NCBI RefSeq assembly: GCF_001949145.1
Contig: NW_019091356.1
Coordinates: 708,938 to 736,592, forward strand
Direction: 5' to 3'
From: Acanthaster planci
Taxonomy: Eukaryota
Length of the DNA: 27,655 bases
The notes under the pieces were generated by a model, which was not told where the DNA came from, did no database searches, and saw nothing but the letters and a program-made list of their open reading frames with translations. Within the stretch, counting starts at the first letter, position 1. The number at the start of each line of letters is the position of its first letter. The translations under genes and the position numbers were made by a program. Shown piece after piece: positions 15,301 to 25,610 of this stretch.

Positions 15301-18300
15301 ATTTTATTTTATTTTATTTTTGGGGGGGTTATGGGTCTCTCCTCTCATACAAACCCTGGCAGACAAAGTTCCATGTACCTGTTGTTTTAGGCCTAGTATT
15401 GACAGGCAGTTTGTGGGGTGTCAGCCAGGGGAAGGGGGTCCTATGACCCTCTGGGAGCAGACTCAGTGGATAGTCCCCACTCAGCAGTGAGGTCCCCCCA
15501 TGCTTCTTCTGACCCTGTGGGTCGTCCTCATTCCTAGCTACAGACACCTTGGCAAGGTCCACCAACTTGAGCACATCACAGCGACCCTGTTAGAATGGGA
15601 AGAGGGAGTAAGTGAGTGCAGTCTTAAGACAAAGAATGACCCATGGCTTATACTTGTTCCAGAGTTGTAGGGACAAACACTCGTCATTACATCACTTTTG
15701 TGGGGACCAAAAACATTGTGGGGTAGGGCTGAGTCAATTCGAATAATTCACTATTCAAATATTCGACTCTAATTCGATCAAATATCCAAATATTTGGTTG
15801 GACCGACGGGCAGATTGTTGATGAACAAAGCATATACAAAATGATTTGCAATAATGCACACAATTGTATATTGTAATCACTGTAATAGCTTCACATGTCT
15901 AGGAGTATCTCTAGCCATGATTTAGCAAGATTTAGAGACAAACAACACGTTTTGTCTTTTAAAAATTTTAATAATAAATAATTAACTTTTTAAACAAAAG
16001 AAAATTCTCCCTTCATTTTTCATGAATTTTGCATTCGAATAATTGAATTCGGTAAATAATATTCAAATATTCGATACTCGATCGAATTTCCGAATATTGT
16101 AATATTCAGCATAGCTCTATTGTGGGGACAGAGAAATGAATTTGCCTAATAACAGAATCCTGCAAAGGTGAAATTCTGCTCTCCTGAATCACCAAATACT
16201 CATTTAAAAGTAGTTGCAAACCCAATACTATCCCTGAGCTTGAGAAAAGAATTGCCAGTAAATTTCAGAGCCCAACTAACTTCCCGTCACCACCACCCTT
16301 TTGCTTAAAATCCATAAAATGTTACCTTGGTGACAAAGAGAAGCCAGTGTAATTCCCTGGAATCCTTGACGATGACAGAGTCATGATTGTACTCCTCAAT
16401 GCGCGCCATGTCACTCACTTCCTCCAATTTGTCATCAGGCCAGCTAGAAAATAACTCCAACCTCCTGTGTACAGTGAGGTGTTGGATAAAAAACTTGGCC
16501 ATCAAAAACGCTGCCTTGGCAATGATTACCCTTATTTGTAAACCTCTGTTCTTGTAATATATATCAAAATCAAAGAAACTTTCACTTCTATTTCACTTCA
16601 GCAAAGTTCAAACTACACTTCCAATTTCATTGTGAATTAGAGCCATGATACTAATACAAGACCAACATTTTTAGTTTGAAAATTTACACCTCTATCTGGA
16701 TACCTTGAAAAATAAGTTTGGCGTTGTTAGAATTTGCAATCTGCAAATCAGAGTGAATAGAAAGAATCAATATGTATCACTCTAAATGTCACTAGCTGGA
16801 ACAGATGACACCTTCGGTGCCTTCGAAGACTTTTTCACAGGGCAAGACAACCTTGTGTCTGAAATTAACAATCGATCATTACCACTTCATCAGCTGGTTG
16901 GCCTTTTCATCACAGTCAGTGGAGTGTTTGCTGTTAAATTATTCAACTGTTTATGCCAACTGTCTATTGAGTGCAGCAGCAATTCTACATGTCAATATTT
17001 GAGTGTACATTCAAAAAGCAAACAAGCAAATTTGGTTCATTTTACTCAAAGGAGATGGCATTGTTATCACCAACTCCTAAGAGTTTACGTTCAAAAAGCA
17101 AACAAGCAAATTTGGTTCATTTTACTCAAAGGAGATGGCATTGTTATCACCAACTCCTAAGAGTTTACGAAAATCATAGTAGAATTAGAGGATTTAAGAC
17201 TGCTAGGATTAAAATATAGTGTTAAGAGAGGATTTCAGCTTCTGATGATAAAAATAAAAACCCAAATACCGTTGTAGCTATCTCAAATTGGGCTTGTTTT
17301 TCTTGACAATTGACATTTCCTGCCACTTTGTTGGTACTCTTTGATGAATCACAAGTTATTTAGAATTGCCTTAAATTTAAAAAAAAAAGGTTTCAGAATT
17401 TCTACAATGTCAAAAATTATCCAAAAAAGGGAAATGATGAACAATGAATCCAATTCACAAGACCCATTGTCCCTCCAGACTCTTGATTGGTTACAGTACC
17501 AACGTGGATTCATTCGTAAGTCCATTGCTTTACACATTATACCAACCTGAAGAAGTTAAACTTGTACTCAAACTCAGCTTGGATGTGCTGGTGAAGCCCC
17601 TGTTCAAAAAAATCATCCCGATCCACCACCAGGAACTCGGTGTCTTGCAGACAGACGATGGTGGCCTTTCGGCGAGTGTCTTTCATCAAGGCTATTTCCT
17701 AACGTTTTCAAGAAAGAGCATAATTGCAACCAGTGTGAGACCTTGGTTGCTATTATCAAGAAACTGCCATTTGAAAATGTCTACCAACATCTCACTTGAC
17801 AAAGAGAGAAAGTAGGTAACAACAAAAATAAAACATTGAAAAGAATTTTAATAGTGCCAGTGCAAGTTGGAATACTCCGGTGAATACCAAATCCTCAGTA
17901 CGAAATATAATTTGACTTTAATGCAGCATAGTTCTCAAGCATTTTACTTTAAGTCCGCTCTTCCTCACCCCAAAGCAAGCCCCTTTCCTGAGGATCGTCA
18001 CTTCCTTCTTGACAAACGCACTTTCCTCATCCTCATCCAGAGTGACGCAGGCCGCGCCAGCAAAGATGAAGTAGAAGGCATAACCCAAGTGGCCTTTGCG
18101 GACAACCACTCTCCTCCGGCCGTATCTGTGGTTTGACAAAGGGAAGGGCGGGAATGCATAAATGCAAATCATCGCCTCTAGGAAAAGAAATCAGTGCTGG
18201 TCTCTTGTCCTGGCATTTCTGCATGCGACACAAGAGCAGAGCTATCTAAGATAATAATCTTGTTTCTTTTCAGAGTAGCCGCTTTTCTGATGGGGGTTAA

Positions 18301-19847
18301 AGAAATCTTTTATTGAGTTGTTGAGCGTCTATTGTGAGGTATAATAATTTTGTCAGTGCCTATGTCATCAAACTGTTAACATAATATTCGCTTGGCCTCA
18401 TGTCACTTCAAGGGGATGAAATCAAAGCAGGAGGGACTTCCCCAAAGTACAGAGTTACAGGTTTCTGTTATCACGCACTTCAGTTCTCCCCACTCACTTT
18501 TGGAGGCGTACCACTCTGGCTATAAGCTGTTGGTGTGCTCGCGAGTACTTCCTAAAACTATGTAATCCCCTCATCAACCCGCCAATCAACTGGACATCAC
18601 TTTCGGTCCGTTCCTCTGGCCGCTTGGCCACTGCCTCTTTGGCCTTTTTCGGCCAGGTGAACTAGGAGTATGAAAAAAAAATGAAAACAGAAGAACATAC
18701 AAAAATTCGTTGCCTAAATTAAAATAAGAAATACCGTGCTAAGTTTTGCAAGAGGCAATGCAAAACCCTTTTTTGAGAGAGAATGGGAGTTTATTTTTGA
18801 AAGGCAAATTGCTCCGAAACAGAAATGGGCCTTGGCGTGCGGCTGCTCATTTTGGAAATAATGGAAAATATTCAACAGACTTGCGGGACAAGAAGCTTTC
18901 TTATGTAAGAAGCGATTTGTTAGCGATTTGATCAGAGGTAGCCGGTTTGGGTCATGTGACTTTGTCCTAAAAGGTTAGTAGAAAACCATGGCTTTTTCTA
19001 GCGAACATCCATAAGCATCAAAATAGACTACCTCATAGAAAGGGAGTCCGAGGCATTTTGTTTTGAGCAAGTACATTTTATTCAATTGTTCAAATATCAA
19101 TTTGCGCAACTTTTTCGTCTGTTAATTAAACGCAGTAAGTGGGCGTAAAATCACTTTCTCTGGGGTGGCATGGTCGAACTAACTGAATTCTCCTTGACCC
19201 ACAATCTTCACGGCGCCGCATTCATTAAGTTACAATCATAACAATCGCCCACACGCGGGCATTTTTTTCTCACCTCATAATTGCTCTTGAATGCACCGGC
19301 ATTAAAGGTGAGTTTCTCCTTAGTAGAAGGCACGTAGACCACGCTTGGGGCAGCCGACAAGCTAGCGACTAGGTCGGGGAGGGTAGCCCCGAAGGTACCC
19401 TTCCCAGCCTCCGTGGCATACCGGTTCAAGCTTATCTGGACCGCGCATAACATCTTGACCTGCCTGGCGGCACGGAGGAACCGCGCTCGAGGCTTGAAAA
19501 CACAGGGGGAAAAATGAGGAAATCTACTGGTACTACACATATTTCTGGAACGAATGATGGATAGGAAAAAAAGGGGGGCAAAATAATGTTAAGCGTGAAG
19601 TATGAAAGAATGGTTAGGACTGGATTCAAAGGAGTCAAGGGCAAAATGTCATGTTTGTTGTGCAAAGGATTGTGGGAAGATGGGGAATCAATCGTAACTA
19701 TAAATGATGCATTGACGTCGAAGCACAATATTGCAAATTTTATCAAACTCCACGTGTGCACTGAGCAATGAAAAACTAACACAGGACAGAATTTAAATAA
19801 CTTACCGACAAATGTGATAATTTTGAGGAGGACGTTTGGCGAGATTC
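12347..19847 (-). CDS. CNBD2: Cyclic nucleotide-binding domain-containing protein 2-like, 11 internal/terminal coding exons; complement(join(12347..12639,13052..13487,13917..14046,14553..14724,15379..15586,16326..16464,17547..17698,17969..18125,18498..18661,19274..19492,19806..19847))
   Basis: Every junction is GT-AG and phases chain without stops. The first CNB domain reads RPEERTESDVQLI..FRKYS..YGRRRVVVRKGHLGYAFYFIFAG..LRKGACFGEIALMKDTRRKATIVCLQDTEFLVVDRDDF. A second degenerate CNB domain reads LELFSSWP..FVTKGRCDVLKLVDL...LRPGQCFGL, followed by the CNBD2-type motif YPSD..F..QNRW..FK. The symbol is family-level from recalled motif similarity; one-to-one orthology is not established. Confidence 0.8.
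13696..13718. repeat. C9(AC)7 simple repeat
   Basis: Read directly. Confidence 0.85.
15292..15316. repeat. (TTTTA)5 microsatellite
   Basis: Read directly; followed by T5 and G7. Confidence 0.85.
15724..16119. mobile_element. Non-autonomous hAT-type DNA transposon (MITE), 396 bp, with 8-bp target-site duplication
   Basis: TSD TTGTGGGG at 15716-15723 and 16120-16127. Termini TAGGGCTG...TAGCTCTA form an imperfect TIR, and ATTCG/CGAAT subterminal repeats cluster at both ends around an AT-rich middle. Confidence 0.85.
17010..17169. repeat. Exact tandem duplication, 2 x 80 bp
   Basis: 17010-17089 and 17090-17169 are identical (ttcaaaaagcaaacaagc...ctcctaagagtttacg). Confidence 0.95.
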
Positions 19848-21073
19848 CTGGAAACGAAAATAAAAAAATAATGCAAATTAATGTTAGCTATTTAACATCG
19901 ATTCGATATAAAGTGCCATTATAAGTTTGGCATATTTTTTGAAGTTTGTCCTTTTCAATTTTTAAGTGTGCGGTCTTTTCTTTGACATTCCTTGCTCCAA
20001 GTGCTTTCCAGCCAAACCAGCGAAATTTAGCAGACATCGTCGACTGCATCCTTTGCTTTCACTGGCTTTGACAAAATGCGATTTTTTTCTATTCACTGAC
20101 GGTTTTCTCTACCATTTGAATTTTAGCATCAGTCATTCTGTTTTGCTTTCTCCTTCCAGCCTTGTAGGTGCGACTGCAATGTAGCCGTGTCATTCCTCCA
20201 TGGTCACACCACAGAGATTATACATCTAAGCTATGAGGAAAATACTGACAAGCGAATCAGGCATTTATCGATTCGAGGGAAACCGATTAAGGCACTTAAC
20301 AAAGGATTCACAGGAAAATACCTCCAAGCATCTTTCAGTCTCAGCTCTTAAGGCTGTTTGAAGTGGACTGTAGTGCAGAATTGGGCTATTGTTGGCATTT
20401 GGTATGCCTGATAAAAAGGGTAAACAAATTAGAAGAAGATGCTCTCCGGCAGTGGATGGGCGGGGCATGGAAGGAGTAACGGGGGTGCGGGGTACGCGTT
20501 AATGGGATCATGCCTGTGGTTCTTATTTCAGGCAAAATAACTCATGGCTTCTTTCGTAAATCAAAACGTAGGCTACGGAAGTTTGTTTTGATGTAAATAA
20601 CATCCGAAGCTGGAGTTGGTTATATTGTCTTTACAATGTTTTCTTTTAACAAACCAGGCGTTTGTCTATTGCTGTAATTATACGGCATCAATTTTAAGAG
20701 CGCTCTTGTCCATCACAGATGTAAGGATTTTCCCAGGTTTCTTAGCCATGAAAGCTCAACATTTCTGGCTGTTCCAATAGTCTTCTGACAGACTTTCCAT
20801 CTGTCTATGGGACTATTGAGCCGGCAATTTTCGTTGGTCCGGACTTAATTTCTTTGGTGTGATCGTGCAGCTTATCGACCCAAAGTGAATAGGATTAGAT
20901 CTAGCCGGCGTCTGTATTGTTGTCCATGGGTTCATTATAGCCACCGCTATATCCCGTGGTTTCTATCTCATTTGCTGAATACAACTGTCCATAACGTTGC
21001 CACCAATTGTTGAGGACTAAGTTTTTGGAATTATACCCAAACCAAATGCAGTCAATACATAGGCAACTTCGAC

Positions 21074-21087
21074 GTAGCCATAGAAAC
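21074..21087. promoter_or_regulatory. Candidate RFX X-box
   Basis: GTAGCCATAGAAAC closely fits the X-box palindrome GTNRCCATGGNAAC. Further half-sites lie at 20996 (GTTGCC), 21062 (GGCAAC) and 21585-21593 (CATAGCAAC). Confidence 0.4.
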
Positions 21088-22361
21088 AAACTCAACCTTA
21101 AGAGATGCAGTTTTTCCCCTCCCGAATTGCTTCATTTTTCTTTCCGGTTCAAATTATTACCAGTAATGAATCTTTACAACGACCTCTCTCGTTACTTTTT
21201 AACAAAGCAGCAATTATGGAACGCCTGTACAGGAAAAACTCCAGGTTGTTTTACAGAGCTCCGATTTTTTTTCCAACTGTCATCAGGAACTGGGGGAGAG
21301 GTGCAATCAGTTATTCTACGGTTGAATTGAGTACCCTGCCAATTAATGTGCAGCGTTGAATCTTTCAATACAAATGTGTTTTACTGGCCGGTGTTTCTCA
21401 GTCACAGCAGCTGACGAAAACACCATGACGACGATTTAAAGAGGCGAACCGCATCCTACTGATGGAAATTGTTTTCCTTGCCTAAACTTGCTCTAATTTG
21501 CAACTGTTCCTCTTGTTTTACAATAACTACTTGCCAATCAATTAAAAAATCAGGTACACCACTAGCATTTAATTTTGAACATCCCATAGCAACTACCACA
21601 TTTTGAAATGAAATAACCGAATAAAGGAAGTTGATATCCGCCCATGGTGTCAAGGACGACCGATATACAATCACAATCTTACGGCGCTTTAAAATGCCCC
21701 CTTTGCCCCTTATTCTCGAACGAGAACATATATTGAATGGTGTCTTATCCGTGAAATATTTCCAACACTTTATCTATGGGATTATTTCAGTTTGAAGCAT
21801 AGAACCGGTAGCTTGTCCCTGGTCGTGTTGCGATACTGATCAAAACAGCTTACTGTTACAGTGACCTCGTGAAGTTTGCTTACAAAACAAGCACAGATAA
21901 ATTTATGGTATTAAAATGTGTTATATTAAAAGATTACTGGTAATCCAGAGGTTCGACTCTTGGATCATTCTAGATATCAGTCTGGTTCAGAAAGATTCAA
22001 GCAATCTGAGAAATGACTCAATAATTATGAAGAAATAAAAAAGTGTAAGCGAAAAGTTTAAATCTGTCACTTTCCAAGACATTTGTTCTTGCTTCAAATT
22101 AGAGCCACGTGATGAGGTTCTTTTATGACTCAATTGACAAAATAAATTGCAATTTTAACCAAAAACAATCAAAAAACACGCCCCCCAAATTCGAACCCGG
22201 CAAAACAAACGCATTAAAGGCAACACAAGAAACTTTCATATCTCAATATTTGGCTGGAGCTGAAATACAAGGTAAATTCCAGGTAAAAATTGCAACCTCC
22301 ACCCCCTGTTTTACTTCTATCTTTATGAAAGTTTTATTCACATCGATCTCACCATCCTCAC

Positions 22362-22661
22362 TTCATTTTCCTTGTGATTACTTTCTGAATCATTTCCAAA
22401 GTCAGCGCCGAAACTTTCTTCTCTACATTCCTCCTCCTCATCTTCATCTCCACTACTTCCTTTCAGCTCCTCCGGATAATATAAGGCCGTCCTTCCCGAC
22501 ATCCATAGTTGACTAGTGCTGCTCAGCGGAGAACTAGCGTGGCTTGAGCGAGGCGAGTCAGAGGGATACGAATGGCGAACCAGCCTCTTAGGCACGGCAG
22601 ATCTTGGATCTTCTCGAGGAGGAGGTGACGGCGACGGGGAGCGTGACACAGGAGTAATCAT
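22362..22661 (-). CDS. Probable first coding exon of the CNBD2-like gene (100 aa, Ser/Pro-rich then acidic); gives an 803-aa protein
   Basis: ATG at 22661 has an in-frame stop shortly upstream. The ORF MITPVSRSPSPSPPP..GDEDEEEECREES..KENE ends at a phase-0 donor GAA|gtgagg (second option ATG|gtgaga at 22353), matching the phase-0 acceptor at 19847. The surrounding sequence is CpG-rich. Confidence 0.6.
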
Positions 22662-23163
22662 TGCTTCCTCCTCAGAACTTAATTATTGTGTTTCTCGCTG
22701 ACCGAAACTTTACAGCCTTCAGCTTTTCACACTCCACAGGGATAGCATCGTTGTATAAAGATTTAGCTATAGTCAGCTATACTAAAATTACTATCTTCCT
22801 GAATGAGGCACAAGAGTGGCTCTCAGGTCATTAGTTTGCCGCATCCCTGGAGAACTATGGATAACAACCAGAACAATTTCACAAAACACTCCAGGCTTCA
22901 GGTGTTCATCATTCACAACGTTCAGGGTGGACTTTGGCCGTTTATCTGATAATTACCAAACGTCGAGCGCCTAACACCGCAACACGCGGTAACTGCATGG
23001 TCTCAACAGCATTATTGGTACATGGATAAATACTTTGCGGGGGTTAGATATAGTCGTCGTGTTGCACTCGCTTGTTCGGCGCTAAGTCCTGGAGGTGTGA
23101 TGCAGTTTCACAAATCTTGCTTGAAGGTGGGTTAACTTCTCCATATCTCGTTCAGGTGATGTC

Positions 23164-23191
23164 AGTCACATATAATAGTCACATATAATAG
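23164..23191. repeat. 13-bp tandem duplication (agtcacatataat x2)
   Basis: Read directly. Confidence 0.85.
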
Positions 23192-25226
23192 GCCGTCAAA
23201 TTTTATCAAATCCAGGAAAATCCATGGGAAATCTCCCCATAGATAACCCACTGGACGATGGGGCTTGTCAGTTGATCCAACGTGAAGCTTTTCAGCTCTG
23301 ACGGGACTGTAACCGGTTTTCTCTTGAAGACTATTTGGGTGGATGGTAACAAAGAGACGACCTCAAAAACGAAAAGAGGGAAAGGGGGAGCCTGACGTGG
23401 CTCTCTTTGGTCACTGTTAGGAGGGCGCAAAGGCGTGTTGGTCGACCCTCGTCGCCGCGGGAATGGACGGTATTAAACGCGGCCAGATCTTAGACGGCAA
23501 CAGTCGATAAGCAAATCAATAAAAGATCAAAACCCCTGGCAAACTCGTCGAAGGAAGCGACAAAACAAAAAATGCCGAGTCCAAAACCCCCCAGAAACAA
23601 ACCAGGGGAACGCCACGTCATCAAGTTCGCGAGGAACTTGGCCAAATCAGTTTAAGATGAGGCGGAAATCTCAGCCAGGTACCCTCAAAAAGACCGATGA
23701 AAATTTAACGAGAAGTTCATCAATTTTTTAGTCAGAGGAGGATTACAATTGAACAAAGGTGTTAGTCGGTCCTGAAAGCTTGTTATGAAATTATTATGAG
23801 GGTACCTGCTATATCTTATAAAGCCAAACCAACCCTCCGTAACTGCTGCCAGCAGCCATACAACCAGTAATAAATATGTTGGATTTGAAGTATATATCAG
23901 ATATTAAAACCTGCACGCGTGTATGAGGCATCCAACACTCTTCAAACAAAACTGCACAGGAACACTCATATACATTGGAGTAATTTTCAATCTCTAGCAC
24001 AAAGGACAAAGTGCGAAATGTATATTTCGGTTAGAATCCTCAGTTGGACTTTCGGAGCGCTTAAATCTCTGTATACAATTCCATGAATGTTTATTCTCTG
24101 GGTGCTGTTTAGAGCCCAATGCGGGTTATTACTCGATTTCAAACACTGCCTATTAACAGCCTACGGGTGTTTGTTTGAGAGGGAGCACTAAGAGGTCACG
24201 CAGGAGATGTTGATTTATCTGGTAGGAAAGTCAATATTCAGCGAGTTCCCTGAAAAGATGTTGAGACACGCTCCTTCCGGGTTTTGTAACAAGTCACTCT
24301 ACGGATCGATACCTTGTCTCACAGCACTGAGGCCAATAGCCATTCTAGCACTTCTCGTAGTTGAGTATTGAGTTCGAATGTTCCACAGCTTAAACTTGGA
24401 CGCCCTCTATGGGTCAGACGTGGACTTTGATAGGAATCCTTGAGAGGTTTCTTGTCGGATGGATTGTATCATTGTGATTAGGCCTGAAAGCTTCCAAAAT
24501 AATACGATTTAAGTTGAGGAATATAAAAATAAATGTATCATATACGTGATTCTTAACTTTTATTTGGTCCACGCGCTTTGGTGGTCTGAAAACAATTATT
24601 CCATATCAGTAAATATTCTTAAAAAAAATAAAGTTCAATTTAATGCTCTGCCAATAATTGCATAATGTCAAAATCTGTCTTTACACCGAGTAGCTGAGAA
24701 TTCTAGGCTACACAGATTAACTTCTCATCAGTGCGACAGGCTGGTTAAGTGAGAAAATGCGACACCCATAGCGAAGTAGATTTAACCAAGGATGATGGTG
24801 CGCGCAGAAAGAGCAACCTTTAAGAATGGATACATGACAACACTGCACGCGATCTGAAAAAGAATGCTATTTTTCTGCCGGAAGTTTCGCTGTGGACATT
24901 TATTGGATGTTTTAAATCTCTCTCATTTTCACACGTCTTCTACCAGGGGGTGGATCCATTAAAAAAAAGACAAAAAATGAGCAGGGGAGGGGATTTTGAC
25001 AACCCCCACCCATCAGCGCCTCGCAACAGTACGATAATACGCACTTTGCATGGATCTGGTTCCTAGTCCTTCCCGTCATGCATCAGCACCTCAGGTTCTC
25101 TTACTTACTGCTGCTAATGTTGCAGTGTGCACTCTGAGCTCCCAGCTGACATTAATTAAGCAACAATTCAAGCACACACCCCCACGTCTACAGGAATAAA
25201 GTAGGCATTTAAAGGAATAACGTCAC

Positions 25227-25610
25227 CTGTTTGTCTAGATTGCTGCCATGCTTAAGTTGGTTCCGCATATGTCTCCTCCAAGACTCCCATCTCTCTGCCG
25301 CTAACCTCTTAAGTTCCTCCCTAGGGAGACGGTTCCCGTACTGGGATGACAGGTGTACCCACTGTACCCTAGCCCATCCCGTCTTGGGTCGGGATCTGTC
25401 CTTCCAAGACTGGGCAGAATGGCGAACGACAGTTGATTCGATGGATTGCGTGGATTTAGGTGATTGACCAATGATGGATTGAATCTTCCTGTGTGACGGT
25501 GAACTTCGAGTTCGATTGCGTTCAGCTGATGACTCTGCCGGATTACCACGGTTGGTCATCACGGACCTAGGCCTACTTCGGTTATTCGGTGGTGGTGCTC
25601 TCATCTCCAT
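25227..25610 (-). CDS. ATG-initiated coding exon (128 aa, basic/Ser-rich): alternative first exon of the CNBD2-like gene or first exon of a separate small gene
   Basis: This is a relatively GC-rich ORF, MEMRAPPPNNRSRPRS..RWESWRRHMRNQLKHGSNLDKQ, ending at a phase-0 donor CAG|gtgacg. There is an in-frame stop upstream of the ATG and an acceptor-like ttttcacccag at 25678. No homology recognised. Confidence 0.5.

Noticed and set aside
16786..17219. Plus-strand ORFs with a repeated peptide
   Set aside because: The peptide repeat is a by-product of the 80-bp DNA duplication in an intron.
19880..20230. Possible additional first exon just upstream of the 42-nt exon
   Set aside because: Short ATG frames exist on the minus strand but I found no convincing in-frame donor.
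21936..21963. tRNA/SINE-like fragment (ctggtaatccag hairpin plus GGTTCGACTC B-box-like motif)
   Set aside because: No A-box, acceptor stem or cloverleaf; at most a decayed SINE remnant.
24944..25066. CAGGGGGTGGATCCA...TGGATCTGGTTCCT possible small hAT-like MITE
   Set aside because: The right terminus is too degenerate and there is no clean TSD.
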